Of a DNA stretch of 64,000 nt, positions 1-10,220 are shown in pieces (the stretch's first letter is position 1; each line of letters opens with the position of its first letter). The stretch covers positions 18,631-82,630 of the forward strand of contig NZ_JBLGBY010000001.1 in the NCBI RefSeq assembly GCF_047616845.1, in the 5' to 3' direction. The notes beneath the pieces were generated by a model. It was not told the DNA's origin, searched no databases, and worked only from the letters and a program-made list of their open reading frames with translations. The position numbers and the translations under genes are program-made. The stretch is from Natronomonas sp. GTDB lineage: Archaea; Halobacteriota; Halobacteria; Halobacteriales; Haloarculaceae.

Positions 1-2
1 AA

Positions 3-1202
3 ATCGTCGACCTGCCGGAGTTCGCCTACGACCCCCGCGACCAGGGCGGCGTCGGCCAGGGACAGGGCGATACGCCCGACGTGGGCGCCCCCGTCGGCGA
101 ACCTGAACCCCAGTCCGGCGACAGCGACGACGATGGCGACGGCGACGAACCCGGTGAGGAGGGCGGTGAACACGAGTACTACGAGATGGATCCCGAGGAG
201 TTCGCCCAAGAGCTTGACGAGGAACTCGGCCTCGACCTCGACCCCAAGGGGAAGAAGGTCATCGAAGAGAAGGAGGGTGACTTCACGGACATCACGCGCA
301 GCGGCCCGGCCTCGACGCTCGACTTCGAGCGGCTGTTCAAGGAGGGCCTCAAGCGGAAACTGGCGATGGACTTCGACGGCGAGTACGTCAGGGAGGCGCT
401 CCGCGTCGACGGCTGGGGCCCCGCCCGCGTGTTCGAGTGGGCGCGAGCGAACCACATCCCGGTTTCGCGGGCCTGGATCGAGGACGCCTACGAGGAGCTT
501 TCGGGCGACGAAACCGACCGCTGGGCGTCCATCGAGGAGATGGAATCGAACGTCGACAAGGAGTCGACCGCCACCCGCATCCGCCGGGAGGGCGTCGACC
601 AGATTCCGTTCCGCCGCGAGGACGAGCGGTACCGCTATCCCGAGATCATCGAGGAACGGGAGAAGAACGTCGTCGTCGTCAACATCCGCGACGTTTCGGG
701 GTCGATGCGGCAGTCCAAACGCGAGCTCGTCGAGCGGACGTTCACGCCGCTGGACTGGTATCTGACGGGCAAGTACGACAACGCCGAGTTCGTCTACATC
801 GCCCACGACGCCGACGCCTGGGAGGTCGACCGCGAGGAGTTCTTCGGCATCCGCTCGGGCGGTGGCACCCGCATTTCCAGCGCCTACGAACTGGCTGCCG
901 AAATCCTGGAAGAGCGGTATCCCTGGAACGAGTGGAATCGCTACGTCTTCGCCGCTGGCGACTCCGAGAACTCCTCGAACGACACCGAGAAGAACGTCAT
1001 CCCGTTGATGGAGGAGATCGCGGCGAACCTCCACGCCTACGTGGAGACCCAGCCGTCCGGCAACGCCATCAACGCGACCCACGCACCGGAGGTCGAAGAC
1101 CACTTCGACGAACGAGGCAACGTCGCCGTCGCGTACGTCAAAAGCGCGGACGACGTCGTCGCCGCCATCGACACCATCCTCAGCACCGAGGAGGAATCAT
1201 AG
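3..1202 (+). CDS. YeaH/YhbH (DUF444) family vWA-domain protein, 5'-truncated by window edge
   Basis: Frame is open from base 3 ([10 protein letters not shown]...). vWA-like DVSGSM and GGGT motifs; directly upstream of SpoVR as in PrkA-YeaH-SpoVR operons. Confidence 0.85.
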   Translation: MVDLPEFAYDPRDQGGVGQGQGDTPDVGAPVGEPEPQSGDSDDDGDGDEPGEEGGEHEYYEMDPEEFAQELDEELGLDLDPKGKKVIEEKEGDFTDITRSGPASTLDFERLFKEGLKRKLAMDFDGEYVREALRVDGWGPARVFEWARANHIPVSRAWIEDAYEELSGDETDRWASIEEMESNVDKESTATRIRREGVDQIPFRREDERYRYPEIIEEREKNVVVVNIRDVSGSMRQSKRELVERTFTPLDWYLTGKYDNAEFVYIAHDADAWEVDREEFFGIRSGGGTRISSAYELAAEILEERYPWNEWNRYVFAAGDSENSSNDTEKNVIPLMEEIAANLHAYVETQPSGNAINATHAPEVEDHFDERGNVAVAYVKSADDVVAAIDTILSTEEES

Positions 1203-1203
1203 C

Positions 1204-3192
1204 ATGAGCACCGACGACCGACTCGAGAAACAGCGCATTGCAGACGACCTGGAGGAGCCAGCACGGGAGGCAAACCGCCTCGCCCGCAAGCTCGGCCTCG
1301 ATCCCTTCGACGTGAACTACTGGGTCGTCGACTACGACGAGATGAACGAGCTCATCGCCTACGGTGGCTTCCAGAAGCGCTACCCCCACTGGCGCTGGGG
1401 CATGGGCTACGACCGCCAGCAGAAACAGCGGCAGTTCCTCGGCGGCAAGGCCTTCGAAATCGTCAACAACGACGACCCCTCGAACGCGTTCCTCCAGGAA
1501 TCCAACGAGATGGCCGACCAGAAGGCGGTCATCACACACGTCGAGGCCCACGCCGACTTCTTCAAGAACAACGAGTGGTTCCGGATGTTCGGCACGTCGC
1601 CGGACGCGGCGGCCATGCTGGAACGCCACGGCGAGACCGTCGAGGAGTACATGGACGACCCCGACGTCTCTCGGGAGGATGTCGAAGAGTGGATCGACCA
1701 CGTGCTGTGTCTGGAGGACAACATCGACCAACACCGGCCGTTCTCGACGGCCGAAGAGTGGGCCGATGAGTCGCCGACGCCCGAAGCCCTCGCCGACAAA
1801 CTCGAGGAACTGGAGTTCTCCGAGGAGGTTCGCGAACAGGTGTTCAACGAGGACTGGCTCGACGCGATGGCTGACGACGAGGACGGCCCGACGTTCCCGC
1901 CGGAGCCTGAAAAGGACATCCTCGCGTTCCTGCGCGCCCACGGGAAAGCCTACGATGAGGAATCCGGGAAAGCCGCCGACTACGAGGAGTGGCAGCGCGA
2001 AGTGCTCGAACTGCTCCGGAAGGAGGCGTACTACTTCGCGCCACAGAAGATGACGAAGGTGCTCAACGAGGGTTGGGCGGTGTTCTGGGAGTCGAAAATG
2101 ATGTCCGACGAGCACTTCGCCGGCGCCGACGAGTTCGTCTCCTACGCCGACCACATGGCGCAGGTGCTCGGCTCGCCGGGGCTGAACCCCTACAAGCTCG
2201 GGTTCGAGCTGTGGCAGTACGTGGAGAACCGCCGGAACCGCCGGGAGGTCATCGAGCATCTGCTCCGCGTCGAGGACGTGACCTGGCGGAACTTCTCGGA
2301 TACGGTCGACCTCGATGCCGTCCTGGAGTTGCTCGAACCGGACGCCGCAATCGACCGGATTCGCCCGGAAACGCTGTCAGACCTCGACCCCGACGACCCA
2401 CGCGTCGACGCTGAGATGCTCGAACGGGCCAAGGCCGGCGAGGTCGATATCGAGGCGTATCCGTGGAAGGTGCTCACCTACGAGGGGCTGGCCGAACGCC
2501 ACTACTCGCTCGTCCGGCCGGAGCACCGCGGCTTCCTCAAGCGCGTCACGCAGGCGGAACTGGAGCGCACCTCGCGGTATCTGTTCGACACTCAGCGGTA
2601 CGGCTCCATCGAGGAGGCAATCGCCGAGGTCGATTCCACGGCTGGCTGGGATCGGATGCGCGAGATTCGGGAGAGCCACAACGACGTGACGTTCATCGAC
2701 GAGTTCCTCACTGACGAGTTCGTCGACGAAAACGACTACTTCACCTACGAGTACACGCACACGACGCGTGACTTCCGGGTCACCTCGACGGAGGCCGAGG
2801 ACGTGAAGAAGAAGATGATGCTGCAGTTCACGAACTTCGGGAAGCCGACCATCGCCGTTCAGGACGGCAACTTCCGGAACCGCAACGAACTGCTCTTGGC
2901 CCACCAGTACAACGGCGTCCAACTCGACATGCAGCAGGCTCAACAGACGCTCGAACGTGTTTTCGAGCTGTGGGGTCGGCCGGTCGCGCTGAAAACCATC
3001 GTCAAGGAACTCGACGAACACGATATCGAGGTCGCGCGCCGACGCGACCGGGAGCCGCAGCCGACCGAGCAGGGCCGGCTCATCCGCTTCGATGGTGACT
3101 CTTTCGAGGAGGAAGACCTCCCGGACAGCGAAATCGAGGACATCGCCGCGACCGATGTCGATTACGACACCAAGCCGGACGATTGGCTGTAA
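1204..3192 (+). CDS. SpoVR family protein
   Basis: RYPHWRWG, HVEAHADFFKNN, KVLNEGWA and NPYKLG motifs typical of SpoVR/YcgB. Confidence 0.9.
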   Translation: MSTDDRLEKQRIADDLEEPAREANRLARKLGLDPFDVNYWVVDYDEMNELIAYGGFQKRYPHWRWGMGYDRQQKQRQFLGGKAFEIVNNDDPSNAFLQESNEMADQKAVITHVEAHADFFKNNEWFRMFGTSPDAAAMLERHGETVEEYMDDPDVSREDVEEWIDHVLCLEDNIDQHRPFSTAEEWADESPTPEALADKLEELEFSEEVREQVFNEDWLDAMADDEDGPTFPPEPEKDILAFLRAHGKAYDEESGKAADYEEWQREVLELLRKEAYYFAPQKMTKVLNEGWAVFWESKMMSDEHFAGADEFVSYADHMAQVLGSPGLNPYKLGFELWQYVENRRNRREVIEHLLRVEDVTWRNFSDTVDLDAVLELLEPDAAIDRIRPETLSDLDPDDPRVDAEMLERAKAGEVDIEAYPWKVLTYEGLAERHYSLVRPEHRGFLKRVTQAELERTSRYLFDTQRYGSIEEAIAEVDSTAGWDRMREIRESHNDVTFIDEFLTDEFVDENDYFTYEYTHTTRDFRVTSTEAEDVKKKMMLQFTNFGKPTIAVQDGNFRNRNELLLAHQYNGVQLDMQQAQQTLERVFELWGRPVALKTIVKELDEHDIEVARRRDREPQPTEQGRLIRFDGDSFEEEDLPDSEIEDIAATDVDYDTKPDDWL

Positions 3193-3240
3193 CCCGGCCC
3201 CGCAGTTACCTTCTTGTCGGCGGCCTCACAAACCTTCACC

Positions 3241-3789
3241 GTGCAACAGCCGGTGGACTCCCCCGAAGCGAATGACGCCCTCGATGAGGGCGATATCCAC
3301 GACGTGCTGGGGAACGACCGCCGTCGACTGGCCATCGAGGTGCTTCGGGAGCGGGACGGCACGGGTGCGGTCAGAGACCTCGCCGAGGTGGTTGCGGCCC
3401 GCGAGACGGGCGAAAGCCCGCCACCGCGCGATAAACGCCAGTCCGTGTACGTCTCCCTCCACCAGACGCATCTGCCGAAACTCGACGACCTCGGCATCGT
3501 CGAATACGACGCCGACAGCAAGGCGGTTCGGCTCCGAGACCGCGTCAAGGAGGTGGAGGTGTACATGGAAGTCGTCCCGCAGTACGGCCTCTCGTGGGGT
3601 GAGTTCTACTTCGGACTCGGCGTGCTCGGCGTGCTCTCGATAATCGCCGTCCTCATCGGCGTGCCCGGCATCTCCGGCGTCGGCATGAGCCTCCTCGCAG
3701 GAACCTTCTTCCTGGTTCTGATGGCCGCTGCTGCCTACCAGGTGTACAGCCAGCAGGACAGAATCGTGTTCCAAAGACTCCTCGAATGA
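3241..3789 (+). CDS. Haloarchaeal winged-HTH protein with two C-terminal TM helices (DUF7344-like)
   Basis: LGNDRRR...VYVSLHQTHLPKL wHTH signature followed by hydrophobic segments. Start uncertain (GTG 3241 or TTG 3214). Confidence 0.75.
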   Translation: MQQPVDSPEANDALDEGDIHDVLGNDRRRLAIEVLRERDGTGAVRDLAEVVAARETGESPPPRDKRQSVYVSLHQTHLPKLDDLGIVEYDADSKAVRLRDRVKEVEVYMEVVPQYGLSWGEFYFGLGVLGVLSIIAVLIGVPGISGVGMSLLAGTFFLVLMAAAAYQVYSQQDRIVFQRLLE

Positions 3790-4178
3790 CCGACACTGGC
3801 ACCACGTTCACCGTCGAAACCGACCGCCGAACGCAGGTCGTCGACATCACGGAACGCGTCGCCGCGGCGCTGCCGGAGGATGCGACCGGCACGGCCACCG
3901 TCTTCGTTCGGCACACGACCGTTGGGGTGACGGTCAACGAAGCCGAATCGAGATTGCTGTCGGATTTCGAATCGTTCCTCGAATCGGCCGTCGCGGACGA
4001 AGGCTGGCAACACGACCAACTCGACGGTAACGCGGACTCCCATCTCCGTGCGCTGTTGTGTGGCCCCTCCGAGACGGTGCCGGTGACGGATGGAAGACTC
4101 GACCTCGGAACCTGGCAGTCCGTGTTGGTCGTGGAGTGTGACGGCCCACAGTCACGAACCGTCGAAATCCGTGTTTGA
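3786..4178 (+). CDS. YjbQ/UPF0047 family protein (secondary thiamine-phosphate synthase)
   Basis: HTT...NE, NADSHLRA and LGTWQS motifs. Confidence 0.88.
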   Translation: MTDTGTTFTVETDRRTQVVDITERVAAALPEDATGTATVFVRHTTVGVTVNEAESRLLSDFESFLESAVADEGWQHDQLDGNADSHLRALLCGPSETVPVTDGRLDLGTWQSVLVVECDGPQSRTVEIRV

Positions 4179-4354
4179 CTGCCCTCGTGTCCCATCGCCT
4201 GCGAGCCATGATGGCAGCGTGACCCCGCCGCCGACTCCGGCGAACGCACAATCCGTTTCAGGTTTTCGGTCGGAACGAACTGTGGCATAGCCGAAAGGCC
4301 TAAACGCGTATAATAGGTTTATTAGCGTGACAGCCGACACTGTCTCCCCCGAGA

Positions 4355-5008
4355 ATGCGCTATTTCGACCTCACGCTCACTCCCGAGGACGGCGCCTTAC
4401 ACCCGGTAGACCGGGCTCTTGCGGAGACGCCGTCGATCTCCCGACTCGCGATTCTGCATTTCGACTCCTTCGGTGACGGGACGGGCGTGTTGCTCTACAA
4501 GCTCGCGGGCGACCCCGACGTGCTCGTTCAGGACATCGAAGAGCACCCGGACGTCGTCGCCTTCGACCTCCTCGAGGCCGACGACGAGGAGTTCCATCTG
4601 TATCTGCACGTTCATCCCGGCGACCCGGCGGGGACAGTGATGAACCTCACCCAGAAGTACGCGCTGATGATCGACACCCCGATCGAGTTCACGAACCGTG
4701 GCGCAGTGCAGATGACGGTTATCGGCAGCCACGACATGCTCCAGCAGGCCATGGACGAGATGCCGGACGCCGTCTCAATCGCCGTCGACGAGGTCGGCAA
4801 CTACACGCCCGACCGGAAGGACATGCTCTCTATGTTGACCGACCGACAGCTCGAAGTGTTCCAGAAGGCGGTCGAACTCGGATACTACGAGATTCCCCGC
4901 AGAGCGACACACGAGAAGATCGCCGACAATCTCGAATGTGCCCCTTCGACGGTTGACGAACACCTTCGGAAGGCGGAATCCCGCGTGCTGCGGGCGCTGG
5001 TCGGCTGA
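4355..5008 (+). CDS. HTH_10 (bacterio-opsin activator-type) transcriptional regulator
   Basis: C-terminal LTDRQLEV...GYYEIPR...EHLRKAE signature. Confidence 0.88.
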   Translation: MRYFDLTLTPEDGALHPVDRALAETPSISRLAILHFDSFGDGTGVLLYKLAGDPDVLVQDIEEHPDVVAFDLLEADDEEFHLYLHVHPGDPAGTVMNLTQKYALMIDTPIEFTNRGAVQMTVIGSHDMLQQAMDEMPDAVSIAVDEVGNYTPDRKDMLSMLTDRQLEVFQKAVELGYYEIPRRATHEKIADNLECAPSTVDEHLRKAESRVLRALVG

Positions 5009-6706
5009 TTAGAAGAAGACGGTACCGTGGTGTCGCGGTCGGTCGTCGCGGCTTTTCGTTCGGTAGGTGTCGAGACGCACTTCCAGTTGCTCCCGGAGGT
5101 CGCCGGCCGGGATGAGTTCGTCGACCTGCATCTTGCCGGCCTGCTTTTTGATGTCGATGTGCTTGTCGAACTCCTGTTTGGCGGATTCGATGAAGGCGTC
5201 CGTGGCCTCCTCGTCCATGTCCTCGATTTGGCCGCCGAACAGCGCGTGGACGGCCGCGTCCGGGCCCATGACCGAGATTTCCGCCGAGGGAAGCGCGAGC
5301 GTGGCATCGGGGCCGAACGAGGGGCCAGCCATCGCGTAGATGCCGGCACCGTAGGCTTTCCGCGTGATGACGCAGAACTTCGGCACCTGTGCGTTCGAGG
5401 TGGCGTAAATGAACTTCCGGCCCTTCCGGAGGACGCCATCTTTCTCGACCTGTGAGCCGATCATGAAGCCGGGCGTGTCACAGAGGTAGACGAGCGGGAT
5501 GTTGTAGGCGTCACACGTCCAGACGAAGCCGGCGCCCTTGTCTGCTGAATCGGGGAAGATAGCCCCGGAGATGTGTTCCGGCTGATTGGCGACGATGCCA
5601 ACCACCTGCCCGTCGATGCGCCCGAGGCCGGTGACGAGTTCGGGCGCGAAGTCGGGTTTCATCTCGATGAACGAATCCCGGTCGACGACACGGTCGATGA
5701 CCTCGGTGACGTCGTAGGCCTTGTTCGGCTCATCGGGAATGATGTCGTCGAGGCTGTAGGGGTTCTTCTTCGGCGGCTTTGGCGTCGCCTCCGGCGGGTC
5801 GTTGTCGTAGTTCTGGGGCAACATCCCGAGGATGTCCGTTGCCTTCTCGGCGGCCGTCTCCTCGTCGGGAACGACGAGGTCGGTACTGCCGGAGTGGTTG
5901 GCATGGACGCGCGGGCCGCCGAGCTGTTGCATGTCGGTTTTCTCGCCGGTCATCGCCTCGACGATGCGTGGCGATGCGATGGCCATGCCGGCGATGTCCT
6001 CGACCATGATGAGGTAATCACAGAACACTGGCGTGTACGCGGAGCCGGCCACGTCCGGACCGTAGAGCACGCCGATCTGCGGGATTTCGCCGGACATCCG
6101 GCACTGATTGTAGAACATCTTGCCGCCGCGGTATCTGTCCATGTGGGTGTCGCCAGGTTCGCGCTCCTCGGCGTTGAGCCGCGCGCCCGTGGAATCGACC
6201 AGCCGCAGCATGGGAATACCGAGGTCGAGGGCGCGCTCTTGGATGCGGATGACCTTCTCGACGCCCATCTGGCCGAGTGAGCCGGCCTTGACTGTGTAAT
6301 CGTTGGCGGTGAAGGCGACTTTCCGGCCGTCGATGGTTCCGATACCGGTGATGAGACCGTCCGCCGGGAGTTCGTCGTCGTCTCCGTTGCGCGCGAAAGT
6401 GCCGTCCTCGTACTCGATGGTGTCGAAGATCAGATCGAGGCGGTCGCGGACGAACACCTTCCCGAGATCTTCGATTTTATCGAAGCCGCGCTCCGGCCCG
6501 CCGGAGAGGACATCCTCGATCTCCTCGCGAATCGCCTCTTCGCGCTCGGTGATGACGGCGCCTTCCTCGCTCCAGTTCTCCCCAGCCTCCGCGAGCGTGC
6601 CGCTGGTGCCGACCAGTTCGACGCCCCGTCCGAGGTGTTCCGAAACTGCCGTCGCGATGGCCTGTGCGATCTCTTCGTCGGTGTCGTTGTCGATGTTTAT
6701 CTCCAT
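5009..6706 (-). CDS. Acyl-CoA carboxylase carboxyltransferase (beta) subunit
   Basis: DYTVKAGSLG, DSTGARL, DTPGFMIG and RKAYGAG carboxyltransferase motifs. Confidence 0.9.
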   Translation of the reverse strand: MEINIDNDTDEEIAQAIATAVSEHLGRGVELVGTSGTLAEAGENWSEEGAVITEREEAIREEIEDVLSGGPERGFDKIEDLGKVFVRDRLDLIFDTIEYEDGTFARNGDDDELPADGLITGIGTIDGRKVAFTANDYTVKAGSLGQMGVEKVIRIQERALDLGIPMLRLVDSTGARLNAEEREPGDTHMDRYRGGKMFYNQCRMSGEIPQIGVLYGPDVAGSAYTPVFCDYLIMVEDIAGMAIASPRIVEAMTGEKTDMQQLGGPRVHANHSGSTDLVVPDEETAAEKATDILGMLPQNYDNDPPEATPKPPKKNPYSLDDIIPDEPNKAYDVTEVIDRVVDRDSFIEMKPDFAPELVTGLGRIDGQVVGIVANQPEHISGAIFPDSADKGAGFVWTCDAYNIPLVYLCDTPGFMIGSQVEKDGVLRKGRKFIYATSNAQVPKFCVITRKAYGAGIYAMAGPSFGPDATLALPSAEISVMGPDAAVHALFGGQIEDMDEEATDAFIESAKQEFDKHIDIKKQAGKMQVDELIPAGDLREQLEVRLDTYRTKSRDDRPRHHGTVFF

Positions 6707-6848
6707 GATTTCCTTTGGAAACTCACAGTTAGTTTAGAGTTTCTAGCGTCCGCCTGTGCCGTGATATACCAACGCAAGTAAAAAACATTGTGGGTGTTCC
6801 GGATTGAGGCCTCGAAACTGATAAACATGAGAGCCGAGTGCACACCGC

Positions 6849-8015
6849 ATGGCACTCGGTGAATCCGAACTCCATGACCTCATCAGGGAATCGGTGCGCG
6901 ACATCTCGGACGATTTCGACCGGGAGTACTGGCGTGAGCATATCGAGAACAAGGAGTTCCCCGACGAGTACTGGCAGGCACTGGCGGACGACGGCTGGCT
7001 CGGCGTGACGATTCCCGAAGAGTACGGTGGGGAGGGGCTCGGCATGCTGGAGATGAGCATCATCATCGAAGAGCTCTCGCGCGGCGGCGGCCAGGGGGGC
7101 ATCATCTTCGTTCTGACGCCCGTCTTCGGCGGCATCGGCATCCAGCGCCACGGCGACGAAGCACAGAAAGCGGAGTATCTCCCGAAAATCGCAAGCGGTG
7201 AGATGAAATTCTGCATGGGGCTGACCGAACCCACCGCGGGAACGAACACGCTCAACATCGATACGACCGCCCGGCGGGACGGCGAGGAGTTCCTCGTTAA
7301 CGGACAGAAGACGTTCATCAGCGGCGTCGAGAACGCCGATACGATGTTGCTCGTCGCCCGCACCTCGGAGTTCGACGAATCGAACCCGACCCACGGTGTG
7401 ACGCTGTTCCTCGTCGACGACCCGGCGGAGCGTGCTGGAATTGGCCTCTCGGAGGTCGACACCGCTGTCCCGTGGTTCGAACGCCAGTATCAGGTCACGT
7501 TCGACGACCTCGAAGTGACGGAAGAGGACATCCTCGGCACGGAAGATGGCGGGCTCTACCTGCTTTGGGACACGCTCAACACGGAACGGCTCGCAGGCGC
7601 TGCCTCCTCGCTCGGCGGTGGCCTCCGGGCTATCGACCTTGCGGTGGAGTACGCGAACGACCGCAACGTCTTCGGCCAGCCCATCGGTGGCCACCAGGGC
7701 ATCCAACACCCGCTTGCGGAGTCGTACGCGAAGCTCATGGCGTCCCGAGAAATCCTGTATAAGGGCGCGACGAAGTGGGACGACGACGAGGACTGTGGAC
7801 TGGAGGCCAACGTCGCAAAGCTGCTCACCTCACGGGCGGGAACCGAGGCGGCCGACCACGCGATACAGACGCACGGCGGCAACGGCTTCACCCACGAATA
7901 CGAGGTGTACGACATCTGGCAGAACCTCCGGCTCACCCAGACCGTCCCCGTCTCCAACGAGATGGTGCTGAACTACATCGGCGAACACGAACTCGGCCTC
8001 CCGAAGAGTTACTGA
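6849..8015 (+). CDS. Acyl-CoA dehydrogenase
   Basis: LTEPTAGT, NGQKTFIS, FGQPIG and IQTHGGNGF motifs. Confidence 0.92.
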   Translation: MALGESELHDLIRESVRDISDDFDREYWREHIENKEFPDEYWQALADDGWLGVTIPEEYGGEGLGMLEMSIIIEELSRGGGQGGIIFVLTPVFGGIGIQRHGDEAQKAEYLPKIASGEMKFCMGLTEPTAGTNTLNIDTTARRDGEEFLVNGQKTFISGVENADTMLLVARTSEFDESNPTHGVTLFLVDDPAERAGIGLSEVDTAVPWFERQYQVTFDDLEVTEEDILGTEDGGLYLLWDTLNTERLAGAASSLGGGLRAIDLAVEYANDRNVFGQPIGGHQGIQHPLAESYAKLMASREILYKGATKWDDDEDCGLEANVAKLLTSRAGTEAADHAIQTHGGNGFTHEYEVYDIWQNLRLTQTVPVSNEMVLNYIGEHELGLPKSY

Positions 8016-8500
8016 GCGTCGTCGGGCACGACCGGGAGTTTCTCGACCACGTCGATATCGCGCTCCCGAAGTTCCCGGATGAATCGCAACGCGGCGACGT
8101 ATCCGATGAGACCGAGCACGATTGCGATGATGACGTTGCCGACGAACAGTCGGAAGAGCACGTCCTGGCCGAGCGACAGCGAGAGGGTCGAGACGGACGC
8201 CCCCTCGACTGGGCCGAACAGTTTCGACCCGAGCCAGAAACTCGCCACGTAGACGGCCCACTTCGCCGGGGGGTTCATGACGACGACCGCAGCGACCAGT
8301 GCGAGTTTGCTCACCCGGTCGGCGAAATACGCCAGGGCGGCAAAGACCACGAGCGCGATCCCGAAGTTCGGCAGCGCGGCGAGAAAGAGGCCGAACGAGA
8401 AACTCGATGCGGTGTCCTTCGGCGGTACGTCATCATTGAACGCCGCTTTTAGCTTCTGCCGAACGTGCGCGCGATACGCCGCCAGCCGCTGTCGTACCAT
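8009..8500 (-). CDS. DUF2062-like membrane protein
   Basis: Hydrophobic 163-aa ORF with ASSFSFGLFLAALP pattern. Confidence 0.7.
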   Translation of the reverse strand: MVRQRLAAYRAHVRQKLKAAFNDDVPPKDTASSFSFGLFLAALPNFGIALVVFAALAYFADRVSKLALVAAVVVMNPPAKWAVYVASFWLGSKLFGPVEGASVSTLSLSLGQDVLFRLFVGNVIIAIVLGLIGYVAALRFIRELRERDIDVVEKLPVVPDDAQ

Positions 8501-8540
8501 CAGTTCCCTATGACCGCCGACGGATAAGAAGGCTCGGCCG

Positions 8541-8957
8541 CTACCGCAGGAAATCGAAGCTGACCTCGTCAGACGGCACGTCCGGCTCGACCTCCTCGCC
8601 CTCGTCGAACTTCACGAAACTCAGATAATACGGTTCACCACAGCCTTCGCCGTCGGTTTCGGCGGCGCCACAGACGATGGTGATGCCGTCCGCGTCCTCG
8701 AACGCTCGCGGGTCGCTGGACTCACGGGTCGCTACGCTCCCCGTTCGTCTGTCCGAGGCGCGACCGTCGGTCGCGCCTCGCTCTCCCTCCCCGCTCTCGT
8801 TACCCGAGGCGCTCCGCGCCTCGCTATCCTCGTAGGCGTTGGCGTACTCCCACCCCTCCAACGGTTCGGCGGTGACGCATTTGTCGTCGAGGTAGGCGTC
8901 CCGCTCCAGTTCGGCGATCGCGTCACACCGCGGGCAGTAGTACGAGACAGTGACCAT
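8541..8957 (-). CDS. Hypothetical Cys-rich (CPRC...C...CG) protein carrying an in-frame repeat-derived insertion
   Basis: ATG at 8957 (MVTVSYYCPRC); acidic composition apart from a ~41-aa S/R/A/G-rich insert encoded by hairpin DNA. Confidence 0.7.
   Translation of the reverse strand: MVTVSYYCPRCDAIAELERDAYLDDKCVTAEPLEGWEYANAYEDSEARSASGNESGEGERGATDGRASDRRTGSVATRESSDPRAFEDADGITIVCGAAETDGEGCGEPYYLSFVKFDEGEEVEPDVPSDEVSFDFLR
8703..8825 (-). repeat. Nested palindromic hairpin element (AGCGAG-hairpin / GAGCGNAGCGA family) inside CDS
   Basis: Perfect stems at 8754-8780 (12 bp) and 8805-8823 (8 bp), plus ACGGG-TCGCTACGCTC-CCCGT at 8724-8744. Aligns by eye with the element in leuD. Confidence 0.8.
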
Positions 8958-9041
8958 ACCCACCGTACGGCCTGAACCGCCATAGGGGCGTCGGACAGCC
9001 CGCCCCGAAGGCATATGAACGGGCCGGACGACGCTCACTGC

Positions 9042-9896
9042 ATGATAGACGAGACCGTTGAGGAGATTCGTGAGATGCAGACCCACTCGTCATCGACCGT
9101 CGCGATCAAGGCGGCAGAATCACTTCGGGAGCTGCTCGACCGTGAGTACGCCACCGTCGAGGAGTACGTCCGCGCGCTCGACCGCAACAGCAGCGCGCTT
9201 CGGCGCGCCCAGCCATCTCACGCGTCGCTGCACAACACCCAGCGCGAAATCGTCGACCGGGTCGAGGATGCCGACCCTGAAACGGTCGAGGAAGCGAAAG
9301 CCCTGACCGAGTCGGCCATCGAGGACGTTGTCGAGGACGTCGAGACGGCCAAACACGAGGCCGCACAGAACGCCGTCGAACTCCTGCCGGACGGCGCGAC
9401 GGTGCTTACACACGATTACTCCTCGACCGTCGTCGAAGCCATTGAACTCGCCGCCCGCGAAGGCCACCACATCGACGTGTACGTCACTGAGGCCCGCCCT
9501 CGGTTCCTGGGCCGGAAGACGGCCCGCACGCTGGCCGCCATCGACCGCGTGAACACCACACTCATCGTCGATAGCGCTGCTGGCCACTATCTCGACGAGT
9601 GCGACCGCATCGTCATCGGGATGGACTGCATCGTCGACGACATCCTCTACAACCGCGTCGGCACGTTCCCGATCGCGGCGACGGCCGCGGAGTTAGCCGT
9701 GCCCGTCTCCGTGCTCGGGTCAAGTGCGAAGCTCATCGAAGAGGGCTTCGCCTTCCAGAACGAGTTCCGGTCGCCGAGCGAGGTAATGCGGGAGCCAGCG
9801 GAGGGGTTCGACATCGAGAATCCGGCCTACGATGCGACGCCAGCGCACCTCCTAGAGAACGTTGTGACTGACGACGGTATCCACAAACTGCAGTAG
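9042..9896 (+). CDS. aIF-2B alpha / ribose-1,5-bisphosphate isomerase-like protein
   Basis: LTHDYSSTV, TEARP, NRVGT and ENPAYDATP motifs of the IF-2B family. Confidence 0.85.
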   Translation: MIDETVEEIREMQTHSSSTVAIKAAESLRELLDREYATVEEYVRALDRNSSALRRAQPSHASLHNTQREIVDRVEDADPETVEEAKALTESAIEDVVEDVETAKHEAAQNAVELLPDGATVLTHDYSSTVVEAIELAAREGHHIDVYVTEARPRFLGRKTARTLAAIDRVNTTLIVDSAAGHYLDECDRIVIGMDCIVDDILYNRVGTFPIAATAAELAVPVSVLGSSAKLIEEGFAFQNEFRSPSEVMREPAEGFDIENPAYDATPAHLLENVVTDDGIHKLQ

Positions 9897-10115
9897 CGGG
9901 CCGACCATCGTCCGGTCGCGGCCCGCCGAGGCGTCGAACCGTGGCTGGCTCACGACCAGGTGGCCACAGTCCGGACACTGGATATCCGTCCGTTCGTCGT
10001 GGTCGTCGACTGCCCACACACCATCGACCGCGTCGTCGTACCCACAGACCGAACAGAACAGCACCGCCTTCTTGCCATCCGGGCCGTCTGGGGTTCCGTT
10101 TGTGGCGGTCATCAC
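9852..10115 (-). CDS. Small zinc-finger protein (CxxCG...CPxCG)
   Basis: CSVCG and CPDCG knuckles, typical of haloarchaeal small proteins; 45-bp convergent overlap with neighbour. Confidence 0.7.
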   Translation of the reverse strand: MMTATNGTPDGPDGKKAVLFCSVCGYDDAVDGVWAVDDHDERTDIQCPDCGHLVVSQPRFDASAGRDRTMVGPLLQFVDTVVSHNVL

Positions 10116-10220
10116 GTGAAATACGCTGCCCCGACGTATATGCTTGATGCCTCTAATAACCGTCTGATGGTACTCAATGGTTTAGGGTGTATAAAATTGG
10201 TTCGGCGGAAGAGGCGGGCC

